NCBI GenBank assembly: GCA_036149055.1
Contig: JAYZQJ010000227.1
Coordinates: forward strand, 1 to 64,000
DNA length: 64,000 nt
From: Myxococcota bacterium
GTDB lineage: Bacteria; Myxococcota_A; Polyangia; Polyangiales; Sandaracinaceae
Direction: 5' to 3'
Shown here: piece after piece, positions 19,204-29,385 of the stretch
Numbering within the stretch: the first letter of the stretch is position 1
Layout: the number at the start of each line of letters is the position of its first letter
Program-made: the position numbers and the translations under genes
Notes under the pieces: model-generated
Databases searched by the model: none
Told to the model about the DNA's origin: nothing
The model's input: only the letters and a program-made list of their open reading frames with translations

Positions 19204-20100
19204 GTGAGCGAGGTCACGCTTGCCCCCCGGGTCGACCCGACCGAACCTCTCGGCGTGGACTGGATCGCGCACGACGAGCAGCCGCTCGAGGCCCTGCCCG
19301 GCTGGGCGAGGGTCGAAGGCGAGGTGCTCGACGGAAAGCCCTACCGGGTGACGCTCCTGCCCGAGGGCATCGTGCTCGAGCGCGCCGGGCGGCGGAGCGC
19401 GCTCCGCTGGGACGAGGTCCTGGTGCCGATCCGGGTGGACGAGCCGCGGCGGCTGCTCCTCGCCGCCAGCCGGGAGCCGCCCCGGGTGCCGTGGTTCGAG
19501 CTGCGCGGGCTGGACGTGCCCCGGATCGAGCGCGAGGTGAGGCTCCGGCTCGAGGCGGTGGATCACCGCGGCTACCGGGAGCGACGTCGATCCCGGAAGG
19601 TCATGCCGGCCGACGAGGTGCTGACCGAGGTGCTGGACCACCGGCCGCTCCCCGGCGCGGTCGAGATCCCGCGGGCCCACCCGAGCGTGGTGCGCAGCGC
19701 CTTCACCGGCGGGTCGATCGGGGCCGCGACCCTGGGCTTCTACGGCCTGCTCTTCGGCCCGGGCGGCATGCTGCTCGCGGGCGGGGTCGGCGCGGTGAGC
19801 GGCGCGGCGCTGATGGGCGGCATCGAGGCGGTCCGGCGGCGCAACGCGGGGCGCGTCCTCGTGCTCACCCCCGACGCCTTCGTCGGCGGCCTCGACGGCA
19901 AGAGCATCCGAGCGGTGCCCTGGTTCCGGGTCGGCCGCTTCGTCGACGGCGTCGACCCCCACGGCGAGAGCGCGCTCGAGGTCTGGTCGCCGGACGACGA
20001 GCTGGTGGCCCGGGCGGCGGCCCGCTTCTTCGGGCAGCCCCTCGACGTCATCGTCGCGGTGGCCGAGGCGTATCGGAAGCGAGCCAGCGACGAGCGCTGA
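19204..20100 (+). CDS. Hypothetical membrane protein
   Basis: AAGGAG RBS before GTG; two Gly-rich hydrophobic segments. Confidence 0.7.
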   Translation: MSEVTLAPRVDPTEPLGVDWIAHDEQPLEALPGWARVEGEVLDGKPYRVTLLPEGIVLERAGRRSALRWDEVLVPIRVDEPRRLLLAASREPPRVPWFELRGLDVPRIEREVRLRLEAVDHRGYRERRRSRKVMPADEVLTEVLDHRPLPGAVEIPRAHPSVVRSAFTGGSIGAATLGFYGLLFGPGGMLLAGGVGAVSGAALMGGIEAVRRRNAGRVLVLTPDAFVGGLDGKSIRAVPWFRVGRFVDGVDPHGESALEVWSPDDELVARAAARFFGQPLDVIVAVAEAYRKRASDER

Positions 20101-20616
20101 TCACTCGGCGAGGCCGAGCAGGAGCGCCTCGCTGAAGCTGGTCTCGAGCACCTGGCCCTCGGCGTCGAAGCGGATGAGCACGTTGAGGTAGTAGACGTCG
20201 TCGCGCCCGGCGTGCTCGCAGTCGGTGTAGCCGCGTCGATCCGGGAAGGCGACCGAGAAGGTCAGGTCTCGCTCCCCCTCGGCGATCCAGCCGTCGAGAT
20301 CGCGCAGCCGCACCATGAGCTCGCCCTCGCGCGGGAGGCTCACCGCGATGACCGGCGGCGAGACCGGGAAGGCGCTCTCGCCCGCCGCGTCCACCTCGAC
20401 CGCGCTCGGCAGCCGACCGGCCGAGAAGTAGGCGGCCGGCAGGTCCTCGGCGATCGGGCTCCCGGGCGAGAACCCGACCCGCAGGAAGCTGCCGCCGGCG
20501 TCGCGCTCCACCCCGTCGACCAGGCCGAGGTCGGCGAAGGTCGCGCCGCGGGTGCAGCTGTCCGGCTCCTGACAGCCGGCGAGCAGGACGAGCGCGAGGA
20601 GGGCGAGCGATCGCAT
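20101..20616 (-). CDS. Hypothetical lipoprotein
   Basis: MRSLALLALVLLAGC lipobox. Confidence 0.7.
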   Translation of the reverse strand: MRSLALLALVLLAGCQEPDSCTRGATFADLGLVDGVERDAGGSFLRVGFSPGSPIAEDLPAAYFSAGRLPSAVEVDAAGESAFPVSPPVIAVSLPREGELMVRLRDLDGWIAEGERDLTFSVAFPDRRGYTDCEHAGRDDVYYLNVLIRFDAEGQVLETSFSEALLLGLAE

Positions 20617-20707
20617 GGGGCGGAGCATGGCGCGGCCCCTCCATCGGAGCACGTCCGTGTGACGGAACGGTATCGATCCCCGATTTCCTTCCGTATGATG
20701 ACCGCGA

Positions 20708-21925
20708 ATGCAGGAGGCGCTGGCAGTCGAGCTCTGGGTGTGCACGAAGTGTCGCGCCTCCTACCGCGACGGACGTCTCGCCACCTGCCCGCGCGATGGG
20801 GCCCCGCTCGCCCGATGGGAGGAAGATCCCCTGATCGGGACGGTGGTCGGGGAGCGCTACCAGATCGTCGAGCCGATCGGTCAGGGCGGCATGGGCTCGG
20901 TCTACCTGGCCGAGCGCCTCCCCGACGAGCTCGAGGTGGCCGTCAAGATCGTTCGCCCCGAGCACATCGGCAACCCGACCGTGCACGAGCGCTTCCTGCG
21001 CGAGGTGAGGCACACGAGCGCCATCTCGAGCCCGCACGTGGTGCAGATCTTCGACTCGGGCATGAGCGACGACGGGCGCGCCTTCATGGTGATGGAGCGG
21101 CTCGACGGCGAGACCCTGACCGAGCGGCTCCGGCGCCCGCCGGGCCTGCGGCCGATCGAGGCGCTGCACGTGGCCCGCGACATCGCCCTCGCCCTGGCCG
21201 CGGCGCACGCCGCCGGGGTGATCCACCGCGACCTCAAGCCGGACAACATCATCCTCTGCCGGGACGGCACGGTGAAGGTGGTGGACCTCGGCATCGCCAA
21301 GGCGCTGATCCCCGAGGACAAGCACAAGGTCGCCGAGCCCTCGCTGACCGAGGCGCACCGGGTGGTCGGCACGCCGACCTACATGGCGCCCGAGATCATC
21401 ACGAAGGAGGGCCTCTACCCGGCGTCGGATCTCTACGCGCTCGGCGTGATCCTCTACGAGGCGATGGTCGGCGAGCCGCCCTTCTACGAGAAGGACGCGA
21501 TCGGCACGATGTACCGGCACATCCACGAGGAGCCGAAGCGCCTCCGCGAGGTGGACCCGAGGCTGGACATCCCCGGCGCGCTCGAGACGCTGGTGCGCGA
21601 CCTGCTCGAGAAGAACGCGGCCGACCGGCCGGCCGACGCCAACGACGTCGTGCAGCGGCTCGAGGCCCTGATGCGCATGGTCCGCGATCACGCGCGCCGC
21701 GGCGGTCAGGAGGAGACCGGCGAGCTGACCAAGGTCTGGTCGCCCAAGGACCGCATCTCGTCGCCCGACGGCGAGCCGCGGCGCCCGTCCAAGCTCAAGA
21801 AGCGCCTCTTCGTGATCCTCGCCGCCGCCCTGCTCGCGCTCGTGCTCGGCTTCGGCGCCACCGCGGCGCTCATCTACGTCTTCGGGCCCGAGAGCCAGGA
21901 GGCGGTGCAGCTCCCGTCCGACTGA
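20708..21925 (+). CDS. Ser/Thr protein kinase with N-terminal CxxC..CPxDG zinc ribbon and C-terminal TM
   Basis: GQGGMGSVY, VAVK, HRDLKPDN, DLG, GTPTYMAPE. Confidence 0.95.
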   Translation: MQEALAVELWVCTKCRASYRDGRLATCPRDGAPLARWEEDPLIGTVVGERYQIVEPIGQGGMGSVYLAERLPDELEVAVKIVRPEHIGNPTVHERFLREVRHTSAISSPHVVQIFDSGMSDDGRAFMVMERLDGETLTERLRRPPGLRPIEALHVARDIALALAAAHAAGVIHRDLKPDNIILCRDGTVKVVDLGIAKALIPEDKHKVAEPSLTEAHRVVGTPTYMAPEIITKEGLYPASDLYALGVILYEAMVGEPPFYEKDAIGTMYRHIHEEPKRLREVDPRLDIPGALETLVRDLLEKNAADRPADANDVVQRLEALMRMVRDHARRGGQEETGELTKVWSPKDRISSPDGEPRRPSKLKKRLFVILAAALLALVLGFGATAALIYVFGPESQEAVQLPSD

Positions 21926-21968
21926 CGCTCCCCGGTTTCCGTGGTACGCCGACCCCCGGAAATTCGAG

Positions 21969-23585
21969 GTGACCGTGGAGACGAGCCCCAAGACCAACGG
22001 CGCGGCCGAGCCCGCAGCCCAGCCGGCCCAGACGACCGTGCGCGACGGCGCCATCCACCGGGTGTGCCCGCTCGACCTGAGCCCGCTGCCCCCGGTCCCG
22101 GTGGCGAGCGCGGACGAGGTGCGCGAGGCGGTGGAGCGCTCGCGTCGCGCGGCCCGCGTCTGGCGCAACCAGCCGCACGCCGATCGCGTCGCCGCCCTGA
22201 AGCGCGCGGCGAAGGCGATGCTCGAGCGGCGGGCCGAGATCCTGGAGCTGGTGAAGCGCGAGGCCGGCAAGCTCGACGTCGACGCTCTCTTCACCGAGGC
22301 CCTCGGCCCGCTCGACGCGGTCTCCGGCTGGGCGCGCGTCACCTCGCGCGCGGTGCGCCGCAAGGTCCGCCTCAACCCGATCAGCTTCCCCAAGAAGCGC
22401 GCGCGCATCGATCTCGTGCCCCGCGGCGTGGTGGGCATCATCGCGCCCTGGAACTACCCGGTGGCCGGGCTCTACCGCTCGCTGATCCCGGCGCTGATGA
22501 CCGGCAACGGCGTGGTGCTGAAGCCCAGCGAGTTCACGCCCAAGAGCAGCCAGTGGCTCGCCGACATGCTCCAGAGCGAGCTCCCCGACGGGCTCGTGCA
22601 GGTCGTGCACGGCGCGGGCGACGTGGGCCAGGCGCTGCTCGACTCCGGCATCGACGCGTGCGTGTTCACCGGCAGCTGCCAGACCGGCGCGAAGGTCCGC
22701 GTGCGCTGCGCCGAGCTCGGCATCCCCTGCAGCGTGGAGATGGGCGGCAACGACCCGGCCATCGTGCTCGCCGACTGCGACCTCGACCGCACGGTCGCCG
22801 GCATCACCCACTGGGCGCTCCACAACGCGGGGCAGGCCTGCGGCGCGGTGGAGCTCGTCTACGTCGACCAGCGCATCGCCGACGACTTCGTCCGGCGCGT
22901 GGGGGACGCCTGGCGTCAGCTCCGGGTCGGCGAGGGCGACTTCGCCGAGGTCGACGTCTCGCCGCTCACCACCCGGCCTCAGCTCGAGCTCGTGAAGCGA
23001 CACGTGGCCGACGCGATCGCGAAGGGCGCGGAGCTGGTCTGCGGCGGCGAGGAGCTCGGGGTCGGCCTCTTCTACGCGCCGACGGTGCTCGACCGCTGCA
23101 CCGACGCGATGGACGTCGTGAAGGACGAGACGTTCGGCCCGGTGCTGGCCGTCGTCCGGGTGGACGGCGCGGCCGAGGCGATCAAGCGCGTCAACGCGAG
23201 CCGCTACGGCCTCGGCGCCTCGATCTGGACCCAGGACGTCGCCCGGGCCGAGCGCCTCGCCGAGCGCCTCGAGGTCGGCGTGATCGACGTGAACAACCAC
23301 GCGATGACCGGGGCCATCCCCGACCTCCCGTGGAGCGGCGTGCGCGACACCGGCTTCGGCATCGCCAACAGCGAGCTGTCGCTCACCACGTTCTGCCGGC
23401 CGCGCAGCCTCCTCATCGACGAGAACGCGCAGCCGGAGCCCTTCTGGATGCCCTTCGACCCGGCGACCTACGAGCTGGGCGACATCCTCGCCGACGCGCA
23501 GATCGCGCGGATCGGCCGGGCCTGGAAGCTCCCGATCCTGCTCCAGAAGCGCATGAAGCGGATCAAGGACTTCTTCGGTCGCTGA
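21969..23585 (+). CDS. Aldehyde dehydrogenase family protein
   Basis: PWNYP, LKPSE, FTGS, EMGGND, NAGQAC, ETFGP. Confidence 0.95.
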   Translation: MTVETSPKTNGAAEPAAQPAQTTVRDGAIHRVCPLDLSPLPPVPVASADEVREAVERSRRAARVWRNQPHADRVAALKRAAKAMLERRAEILELVKREAGKLDVDALFTEALGPLDAVSGWARVTSRAVRRKVRLNPISFPKKRARIDLVPRGVVGIIAPWNYPVAGLYRSLIPALMTGNGVVLKPSEFTPKSSQWLADMLQSELPDGLVQVVHGAGDVGQALLDSGIDACVFTGSCQTGAKVRVRCAELGIPCSVEMGGNDPAIVLADCDLDRTVAGITHWALHNAGQACGAVELVYVDQRIADDFVRRVGDAWRQLRVGEGDFAEVDVSPLTTRPQLELVKRHVADAIAKGAELVCGGEELGVGLFYAPTVLDRCTDAMDVVKDETFGPVLAVVRVDGAAEAIKRVNASRYGLGASIWTQDVARAERLAERLEVGVIDVNNHAMTGAIPDLPWSGVRDTGFGIANSELSLTTFCRPRSLLIDENAQPEPFWMPFDPATYELGDILADAQIARIGRAWKLPILLQKRMKRIKDFFGR

Positions 23586-23586
23586 G

Positions 23587-24987
23587 CTACCGGTCTTCGC
23601 CCCGGACGGCGTCGCGCCAGAGCTCGCGGCGGATCGCGTCCTCGTGCTCCGGGTCGCGGCGCGCCTTCTTCTCGAGCCGCTCGCGCTCGTGGAGCACCAG
23701 CGCGTTGAGGTAGGCGCGCACGTCGGTGACGTGGGCGAGGAAGCTGTTGAGCAGATCGGCCGAGGCGATCTTGCCCTCGGCGTAGCCCTCGAGCGCCTCG
23801 TTCTTCAGCTCCCCGAGCCGCCGCTGGATGGTCAGGAGGCGCGGCAGATCGAGATCCGCCTCGAGCTCGAGCTTCAGCACCTCGCGCTCCAGCTTCGTGA
23901 CGCCCTGCAGGTAGAGATCGAAGCCCTTCATCTGGCGGGCCCGCCACCAGCGCCAGAGCAGGATCAGGGCGATGACGGCGGAGACCAGGAAGCTACGCAG
24001 GCTCTCGACGTTGTCGATGACCTCGGGCGTGATGAGCGGGTCGTTCCGCGACAGCCGCGCGCGGGCGCCGTCGTGCAGCGGCAGCTCGGGCGCCGCCAGC
24101 TGCTCGGCCCCGATCGGCGACAGCTCGGCGGCCCGCGCCAGCTCCTCGCTCGCGACCACCTCCAGGAGCCGGCGGATGGCCTCGTCGTCGACGTCGGCCC
24201 GCGCGACGATCAGCATCCGGGTGGCGAGCGTCGGCGTGTCCTCGGGCGGGTGCGCGGGCGAAGCGCCGTAGGCGTAGGCGGGGATCACCGCGTCGCGCAC
24301 CGCCACGTCGCGGACGTGCATCGCGCTGGCGTAGGGCAGCGGCAGCAGCCGGTAGCCGCGGTGGCGCAGGAGGTGCTCGGCCACCGGCGACGGGAGCGAG
24401 GAGACGTGGAAGATGGCGTCCGGGAGCGCCTCCGCCGGCGCGCGCATCAGCACGTCGTAGCGCAGCGTGACCTCCTCGAAGTCCCGCTCCGGCCGGAGGT
24501 GAGCCAGCTCGAGCAGCTCGAGGGCCAGCTCGCGGGTGCCGCTGCCGGGCGGGCTCAGGTCGACGCTGCGCCCGCGCAGATCCTCCACGCGCCGGATCGC
24601 CGGCTCCCGCACGAGGAGATGCAGCGGCTCGAGGGTCAGCGGCGCCACCTCCCGGATCGACGCGCCGGCGGGCAGGCCGCCCTGCACGAGCGCGACGTCG
24701 AGCGAGCCGCCGGCCAGCCGCTCGAGGGACGCCGCCGAGCCGCGGGTCGGCGAGAGCTCCAGCGCCAGCCCTCGCTCGGCCGCGAGCCGCTGCAGCACCT
24801 CCGCGATCTCGTGGCGCCGCCCGAGCTCGTCCCCCGCGCTCACCCGGAGCGTCACCTGCGGCGACCGGAGCGCGAGCCAGAGCATCAGGGCGGTCACGAG
24901 GACCATCGCGATCATCGCCGCGAGCACGATCCGCGGCGAGCGCGTGAGCGCCCGGACCTGCTCCACCCGACGCGTCAGCTCCCCCAT
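23587..24987 (-). CDS. TAXI-family TRAP solute-binding protein with N- and C-terminal TM segments
   Basis: TRGSAASL..LDVALVQGG, EPLHLLVR, DLRGRSV..PGSGT, PLHDGA. Confidence 0.8.
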   Translation of the reverse strand: MGELTRRVEQVRALTRSPRIVLAAMIAMVLVTALMLWLALRSPQVTLRVSAGDELGRRHEIAEVLQRLAAERGLALELSPTRGSAASLERLAGGSLDVALVQGGLPAGASIREVAPLTLEPLHLLVREPAIRRVEDLRGRSVDLSPPGSGTRELALELLELAHLRPERDFEEVTLRYDVLMRAPAEALPDAIFHVSSLPSPVAEHLLRHRGYRLLPLPYASAMHVRDVAVRDAVIPAYAYGASPAHPPEDTPTLATRMLIVARADVDDEAIRRLLEVVASEELARAAELSPIGAEQLAAPELPLHDGARARLSRNDPLITPEVIDNVESLRSFLVSAVIALILLWRWWRARQMKGFDLYLQGVTKLEREVLKLELEADLDLPRLLTIQRRLGELKNEALEGYAEGKIASADLLNSFLAHVTDVRAYLNALVLHERERLEKKARRDPEHEDAIRRELWRDAVRGEDR

Positions 24988-25022
24988 GGAGAGCCGTGGG
25001 TATCACCGACGGACTCGGTGGC

Positions 25023-26741
25023 TCAACAGGATCCGCCGAAGGGCGCGCAGAAGTTCGTGCCGGGGCAGTCGTGGCAGAACATGCCGGCGCCGCACCCTCC
25101 GTTGCTGCACACCCCGTTCGAGCTGCACTGGCACTGGCACCACGCCGGGGGCGACGCGACGTTGTAACAGGTCGCGCTCCCGTTGAGGATCGAGCGACAG
25201 GAGGCGTTCGTGCTGCAGCCGCGACACGAGTAGCCGCCGGTGCCGGTGTTCGCGCAGGTGAGGCCGATCGCGTTGCAGTTCACGCCGCAGCCGCCGCAGT
25301 AGGCGTTGGTCCGCAGGTCGCGGCAGCTCCCGTTGCAGCAGCGGCTCCAGGTGCCGCCGCAGCTCGTGCCGTCCGCGACCGAGCGCGAGCAGCCCCGCGT
25401 CTCGGTGTTGTTCACGTCGCTGCAGCTGCCGCTCCGGCAGAGGCGGCGGCGCCGGGTTCGGCTCTGGGTGCCGGTCTCGTCGCACGCGTTCGAGTAGCCG
25501 CCGCAGCTCCCCCAGCTGGTGTAGGTCGTCGAGCCGCAGGTGTCGTTCTCGGTGCTGCGGGTGCAGGACCGCATCTCGGACGACATCTCGACCACGCACG
25601 CGCCGGCCTGGCAGCGCGGGGTCATCACGCTGCGAGACTGGGTGCCCGTCTGACCGCAGGTGCCCGAGAAGCCGCCGCAGCCGCTCCAGCCGCCGAAGCT
25701 GGGGCTGCCGCAGTCCTCGTCGGACCGACACTCCTCGCAGGCCATCGCCATCTCGTTGCAGAACGTGGCGCAGGGCGGGCTCGCGTGGTCCTGGCAGAGC
25801 CCGTCGCGGCAGGTGTCGGCGCCGTTGCACCAGAAGCCGTCGTCGCAGGCCGCCGTGTTGTTGGCGCTCTGACAGCCCATCACCGGATCGCACGTGTCGT
25901 CGGTGCACGGGTTCTCGTCGTCGCACGCGATCATCTCGCCGCCGCAGCTGCCGTCCTCGAGGCAGACGTCCGCCTCGGTGCAGACCGAGCCGTCGTCGCA
26001 GCTCTGCCCGCGGCAGTCCGGATCGGCGCAGTCGGTCAGGCCGTCGCAGTCGTCGTCCATCCCGTCGGTGCAGGCGGTCTCGGTCGTCGGGCACGAGGGG
26101 CCGGCGTCCACGTCGGGGCGCAGCACGCAGCCCTCGCGCAGGTCGCAGAGCTCGCTCGGGTCGCAGCGCGAGTCGTCCGCCACCGCGAAGCACTCGTTCG
26201 AGAGGCACATCGGGACCGCGCACGCCGCGTTGGTGACGCAGTCCGCGTCGGTGCCGCAGCCCCCCTCGCCGCAGAACTCGGGCGACTCCGGGCTGCATCG
26301 CGGGTCGACGCAGCGGCCGCCGACGCAGGCGCTCAGCGACGGATCGTCTCCGGCGCCGGGGCAGGTGACGTCGCGGCACGAGTCGGTGATCAGCACGGTG
26401 ACCGCGGTGGCGGAGTCGAGGCGCACCAGCACCGTGCGGTCGATGACCGGCGTGTTCAGGTTGTCGTAGAGCGTGACCTCGATGGCGAGCATCCCGGTCG
26501 GGATGTCGTCGAGCTCGGCGATCCGCACCCCGGCCAGGTAGTCCTCGCCGGGCATCGCGAACGATCGCTCCTCGGCCAGCTGAGCCGCCGATCCGTCGGC
26601 GTAGCGGACGACGGTGGTGATCCCGGTGAACTGGTAGCCCGGCACCAGATCGGTGCGCAGGTCGACGATCAGGGAGGTGTCGTTGCTCGCGCAGCCCAGC
26701 AAGAAGAGGGCGAGGAGACACGGTCGGAACGGCCGCCGCAT
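25023..26741 (-). CDS. Cys-rich surface lipoprotein with CDD.N.CT.D.C repeats and two thrombospondin-type-1-like repeats
   Basis: Lipobox LLGC; VDLRTDLVPG N-domain; WSGCGGFSGTCGQTGTQSRS and WGSCGGYSNACDETGTQSRTR. Confidence 0.85.
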   Translation of the reverse strand: MRRPFRPCLLALFLLGCASNDTSLIVDLRTDLVPGYQFTGITTVVRYADGSAAQLAEERSFAMPGEDYLAGVRIAELDDIPTGMLAIEVTLYDNLNTPVIDRTVLVRLDSATAVTVLITDSCRDVTCPGAGDDPSLSACVGGRCVDPRCSPESPEFCGEGGCGTDADCVTNAACAVPMCLSNECFAVADDSRCDPSELCDLREGCVLRPDVDAGPSCPTTETACTDGMDDDCDGLTDCADPDCRGQSCDDGSVCTEADVCLEDGSCGGEMIACDDENPCTDDTCDPVMGCQSANNTAACDDGFWCNGADTCRDGLCQDHASPPCATFCNEMAMACEECRSDEDCGSPSFGGWSGCGGFSGTCGQTGTQSRSVMTPRCQAGACVVEMSSEMRSCTRSTENDTCGSTTYTSWGSCGGYSNACDETGTQSRTRRRRLCRSGSCSDVNNTETRGCSRSVADGTSCGGTWSRCCNGSCRDLRTNAYCGGCGVNCNAIGLTCANTGTGGYSCRGCSTNASCRSILNGSATCYNVASPPAWCQCQCSSNGVCSNGGCGAGMFCHDCPGTNFCAPFGGSC

Positions 26742-26761
26742 CCCGAAAGCCTATCACGAGG

Positions 26762-28738
26762 TCAAGCGACGACCTCGGCGATGCGCTCGGCGGCGCGGGT
26801 GGCCATCGCCATGATGGTGATCTGCGGGTTGACCCCGAGCGGCCCGGGCACGGTGCTTCCGTCCACGATGAACAGGCCCGGGAGGTCGTGCGCCTGGTGA
26901 TCGAGGTCGACGACGCTGGTCGCCGGATCCTTGCCCATCTTGCAGGTGCCGAGCGGGTGGTAGCTCGTCAGCATCAGGTCCGACGCCTTCATGTCGAGCT
27001 GACGGAACCGTCGCCAGTCGTCCATCGACCGCACCTCGCTCATCGAGACGCAGACCGGGTGGAGCCGCTTCGCGCCGGCCGCCCACGCCATCTCGCCCGC
27101 GAGCACGAAGCCGCGGTGCATGCGGGACACGTCGCGCTCGGTGAGGCTGTACTTCACGATCGGCAGCCCGCCCGGGCCCGGGTAGACGACGCCGCTCGCC
27201 ACGTCGTCGGCGATCATCACCCCGAACGAGGCGAGGTGATCGACGTCCTCGAGGATCCGCATGAGGCGGTCGCCGGTCTGCGGGAAGAGGATCGGCGCGA
27301 AGTTGCGGTCTGGCTGGGCGGCGTTGATGAGGATGCCGTCCTTGATGTGCTCCTCGACGTAGTAGCCCTGCGGGATGTGCTTGTGCGGCTCCACCGCCTC
27401 GTCCATCAGCGCGCTGAAGCCGGTGGAGGGGTGCATGCTGAGGTTGCGCCCGAGCTGACCGCTCGAGTTGCAGAGGCCCTGCTTCTGCAGGAACACCGGC
27501 GTCGGGACGGCGCCGCCGCTGAAGATCACCGCGTCCGCGCGGACCCGCAGCGTGCGGCCGTGCGCGTCCACGCCCTCGACGCCCACCGCGCGGCCGCCCT
27601 CGACCCGGATGCGGTTGGCCCGGAAGCCGGTGAAGACCATCGCGCCCTTCTCGACCGCGGGCGGGATGTAGCTGAGGTTGGTGCTCTTGCGCGCGTCGGT
27701 GCGGCAGCCGAAGTCGCAGAAGCCCTCGCCCCGACACCCCGGGGCGTTCCGCAGCATCGTGCGGTGCTCCCAGCCGAGCGCGTCGCAGCCGCGGGCCATG
27801 ATGTCGGCGATCGGCCCGGCCGCGTCGAGGTCCGCGGGCTCGACGCCGAGGGTGCGCTCCACCTTCTCGAAGTGGGGCCGCATCGTCTCCGACTCGAAGG
27901 CGTCGGTCCGGATGTCCTCGCACCAGCGGTCGAGCACCCAGCCCGGCGTGCGGAAGCAGCTGCCGGTGTTGACCGCGGTGGAGCCGCCGACCAGCCGCCC
28001 CATGAAGATGGGCATCGGCGCGTTGCCGAGGGTGAGCGAGCCCCGGTAGAAGTCGAAGTGCGCCTGCACCGAGCTGCCGGTGAACGCGTCGCGGCGGTGA
28101 TGGTCGCCCTCCTCGACGAACACCACCGCGAAGCCGCGGTCCGCCAGCTCCTTGCCGACCACCGCGCCGCCCGCGCCGGTCCCGACCACCACGATCTCGC
28201 ACTCGATCTCGTCGTCGGCGTCCCACTCCGTCGCGGGCACGATCTGCGAGAGCCAGCGCGGCTCCTCCATGTGCTGGACGACGTTGAGCTTGCCGCCCAT
28301 CGACCGGTAGACGTCGGGCGTGTCGAAGTGGGTGAACTTCAGCGCGAACGCCACCGCGCCGAGCGGCGTCCGGAGCACCGGGTCGGTCTCCCACTTCTGG
28401 AGCAGCCGCTGCTGCCGGACGTGATCGAGCTTGTGGAAGCGTCGCCCGGTCGAGAGGACGGCGGCCCGGTCGAGCAGCGCGATCGCGCCCCGCAGCGCCT
28501 TGGTCGCCCACGGCGAGACGTGCTCGGTGACCTGGAAGGTGTGCGCGAGGGTGCGCTCGTCGGCGGCCGGCACGCTGGGGGCGCCGGGGAGGATGGCCTC
28601 GGCGAGCGCCAGCGCGGCCCGGCGGCCGTCGGAGTCGAGCCCGATGTCGGGCGCGTCGGTCTCGGTCAGTCGGAGGTCGAACACGTCTCGGTCCTCGCCG
28701 ACCAAATTCGGCCGACCGGCTCTTTTTGGGACCTCCAC
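26762..28738 (-). CDS. GMC family oxidoreductase with N-terminal extension
   Basis: VVVGTGAGG, GGSTAVN, GRNLSMHP, HPLGTCKMG, VNPQITIMAMA. Confidence 0.9.
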   Translation of the reverse strand: MEVPKRAGRPNLVGEDRDVFDLRLTETDAPDIGLDSDGRRAALALAEAILPGAPSVPAADERTLAHTFQVTEHVSPWATKALRGAIALLDRAAVLSTGRRFHKLDHVRQQRLLQKWETDPVLRTPLGAVAFALKFTHFDTPDVYRSMGGKLNVVQHMEEPRWLSQIVPATEWDADDEIECEIVVVGTGAGGAVVGKELADRGFAVVFVEEGDHHRRDAFTGSSVQAHFDFYRGSLTLGNAPMPIFMGRLVGGSTAVNTGSCFRTPGWVLDRWCEDIRTDAFESETMRPHFEKVERTLGVEPADLDAAGPIADIMARGCDALGWEHRTMLRNAPGCRGEGFCDFGCRTDARKSTNLSYIPPAVEKGAMVFTGFRANRIRVEGGRAVGVEGVDAHGRTLRVRADAVIFSGGAVPTPVFLQKQGLCNSSGQLGRNLSMHPSTGFSALMDEAVEPHKHIPQGYYVEEHIKDGILINAAQPDRNFAPILFPQTGDRLMRILEDVDHLASFGVMIADDVASGVVYPGPGGLPIVKYSLTERDVSRMHRGFVLAGEMAWAAGAKRLHPVCVSMSEVRSMDDWRRFRQLDMKASDLMLTSYHPLGTCKMGKDPATSVVDLDHQAHDLPGLFIVDGSTVPGPLGVNPQITIMAMATRAAERIAEVVA

Positions 28739-28773
28739 GCCGTCGGGGCAAGCGGGGAGCGTGAGTCGACGCG

Positions 28774-29373
28774 TCAGGCGGCCCCGTCGACCACCGCCTG
28801 CAGCGCCTCGAGCCCGGCGGTGAGCTTGGCGAAGAACGACGCCTGGTGCGGGACCTTGACGAATCGCGGATGATGCGACCAGAGCGCGTCGAGCTCGCGA
28901 TCGAGCCGGGCCGCCTCGACGTCGTCTTCGGTCCGGGTCGGGTTGCCGCCTTCGATGCTGAGGCCGCCGACGGCCGCGCTCTCGAAGAAGATCACCGCGT
29001 CGTATCGTTCGAGCTCCCGGTCGCGGGAGGTGCCCATCGCCTCGAAGAAGTCGCCGTTCACCGGCCAGTAGGCGGCGCCATCGAGGGTCCCGCGGTCGCA
29101 GACGAGCACCCGCCCCGGGTACTCGCTGGCGTAGAGGTCCTCGAGGTTGCGCTGGACGTGGAAGATGGCCCGCTGCGCGCAGCGCCGGGACTCCGGCTCC
29201 TTCGTGCGCGGGAAGCCGCCCGAGAAGAGCAGCGTCGCCGACTCCGGCACCACCACCACCCGGTCACCCAGCTCGCGCCGGAAGAGGTCCACCGCGGTGC
29301 TCTTGCCGCCGCCGGGGCCGCCGGTCACCGCGATCCGACAGCGCTTCGCTCCTGAGTTGGCTCGTGAGTCCAT
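28774..29373 (-). CDS. P-loop ATP-binding protein (AAA_28/NadR-like)
   Basis: IAVTGGPGGGKST; VCDRGTLD. Confidence 0.8.
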   Translation of the reverse strand: MDSRANSGAKRCRIAVTGGPGGGKSTAVDLFRRELGDRVVVVPESATLLFSGGFPRTKEPESRRCAQRAIFHVQRNLEDLYASEYPGRVLVCDRGTLDGAAYWPVNGDFFEAMGTSRDRELERYDAVIFFESAAVGGLSIEGGNPTRTEDDVEAARLDRELDALWSHHPRFVKVPHQASFFAKLTAGLEALQAVVDGAA

Positions 29374-29385
29374 GAGCCGGGACAG

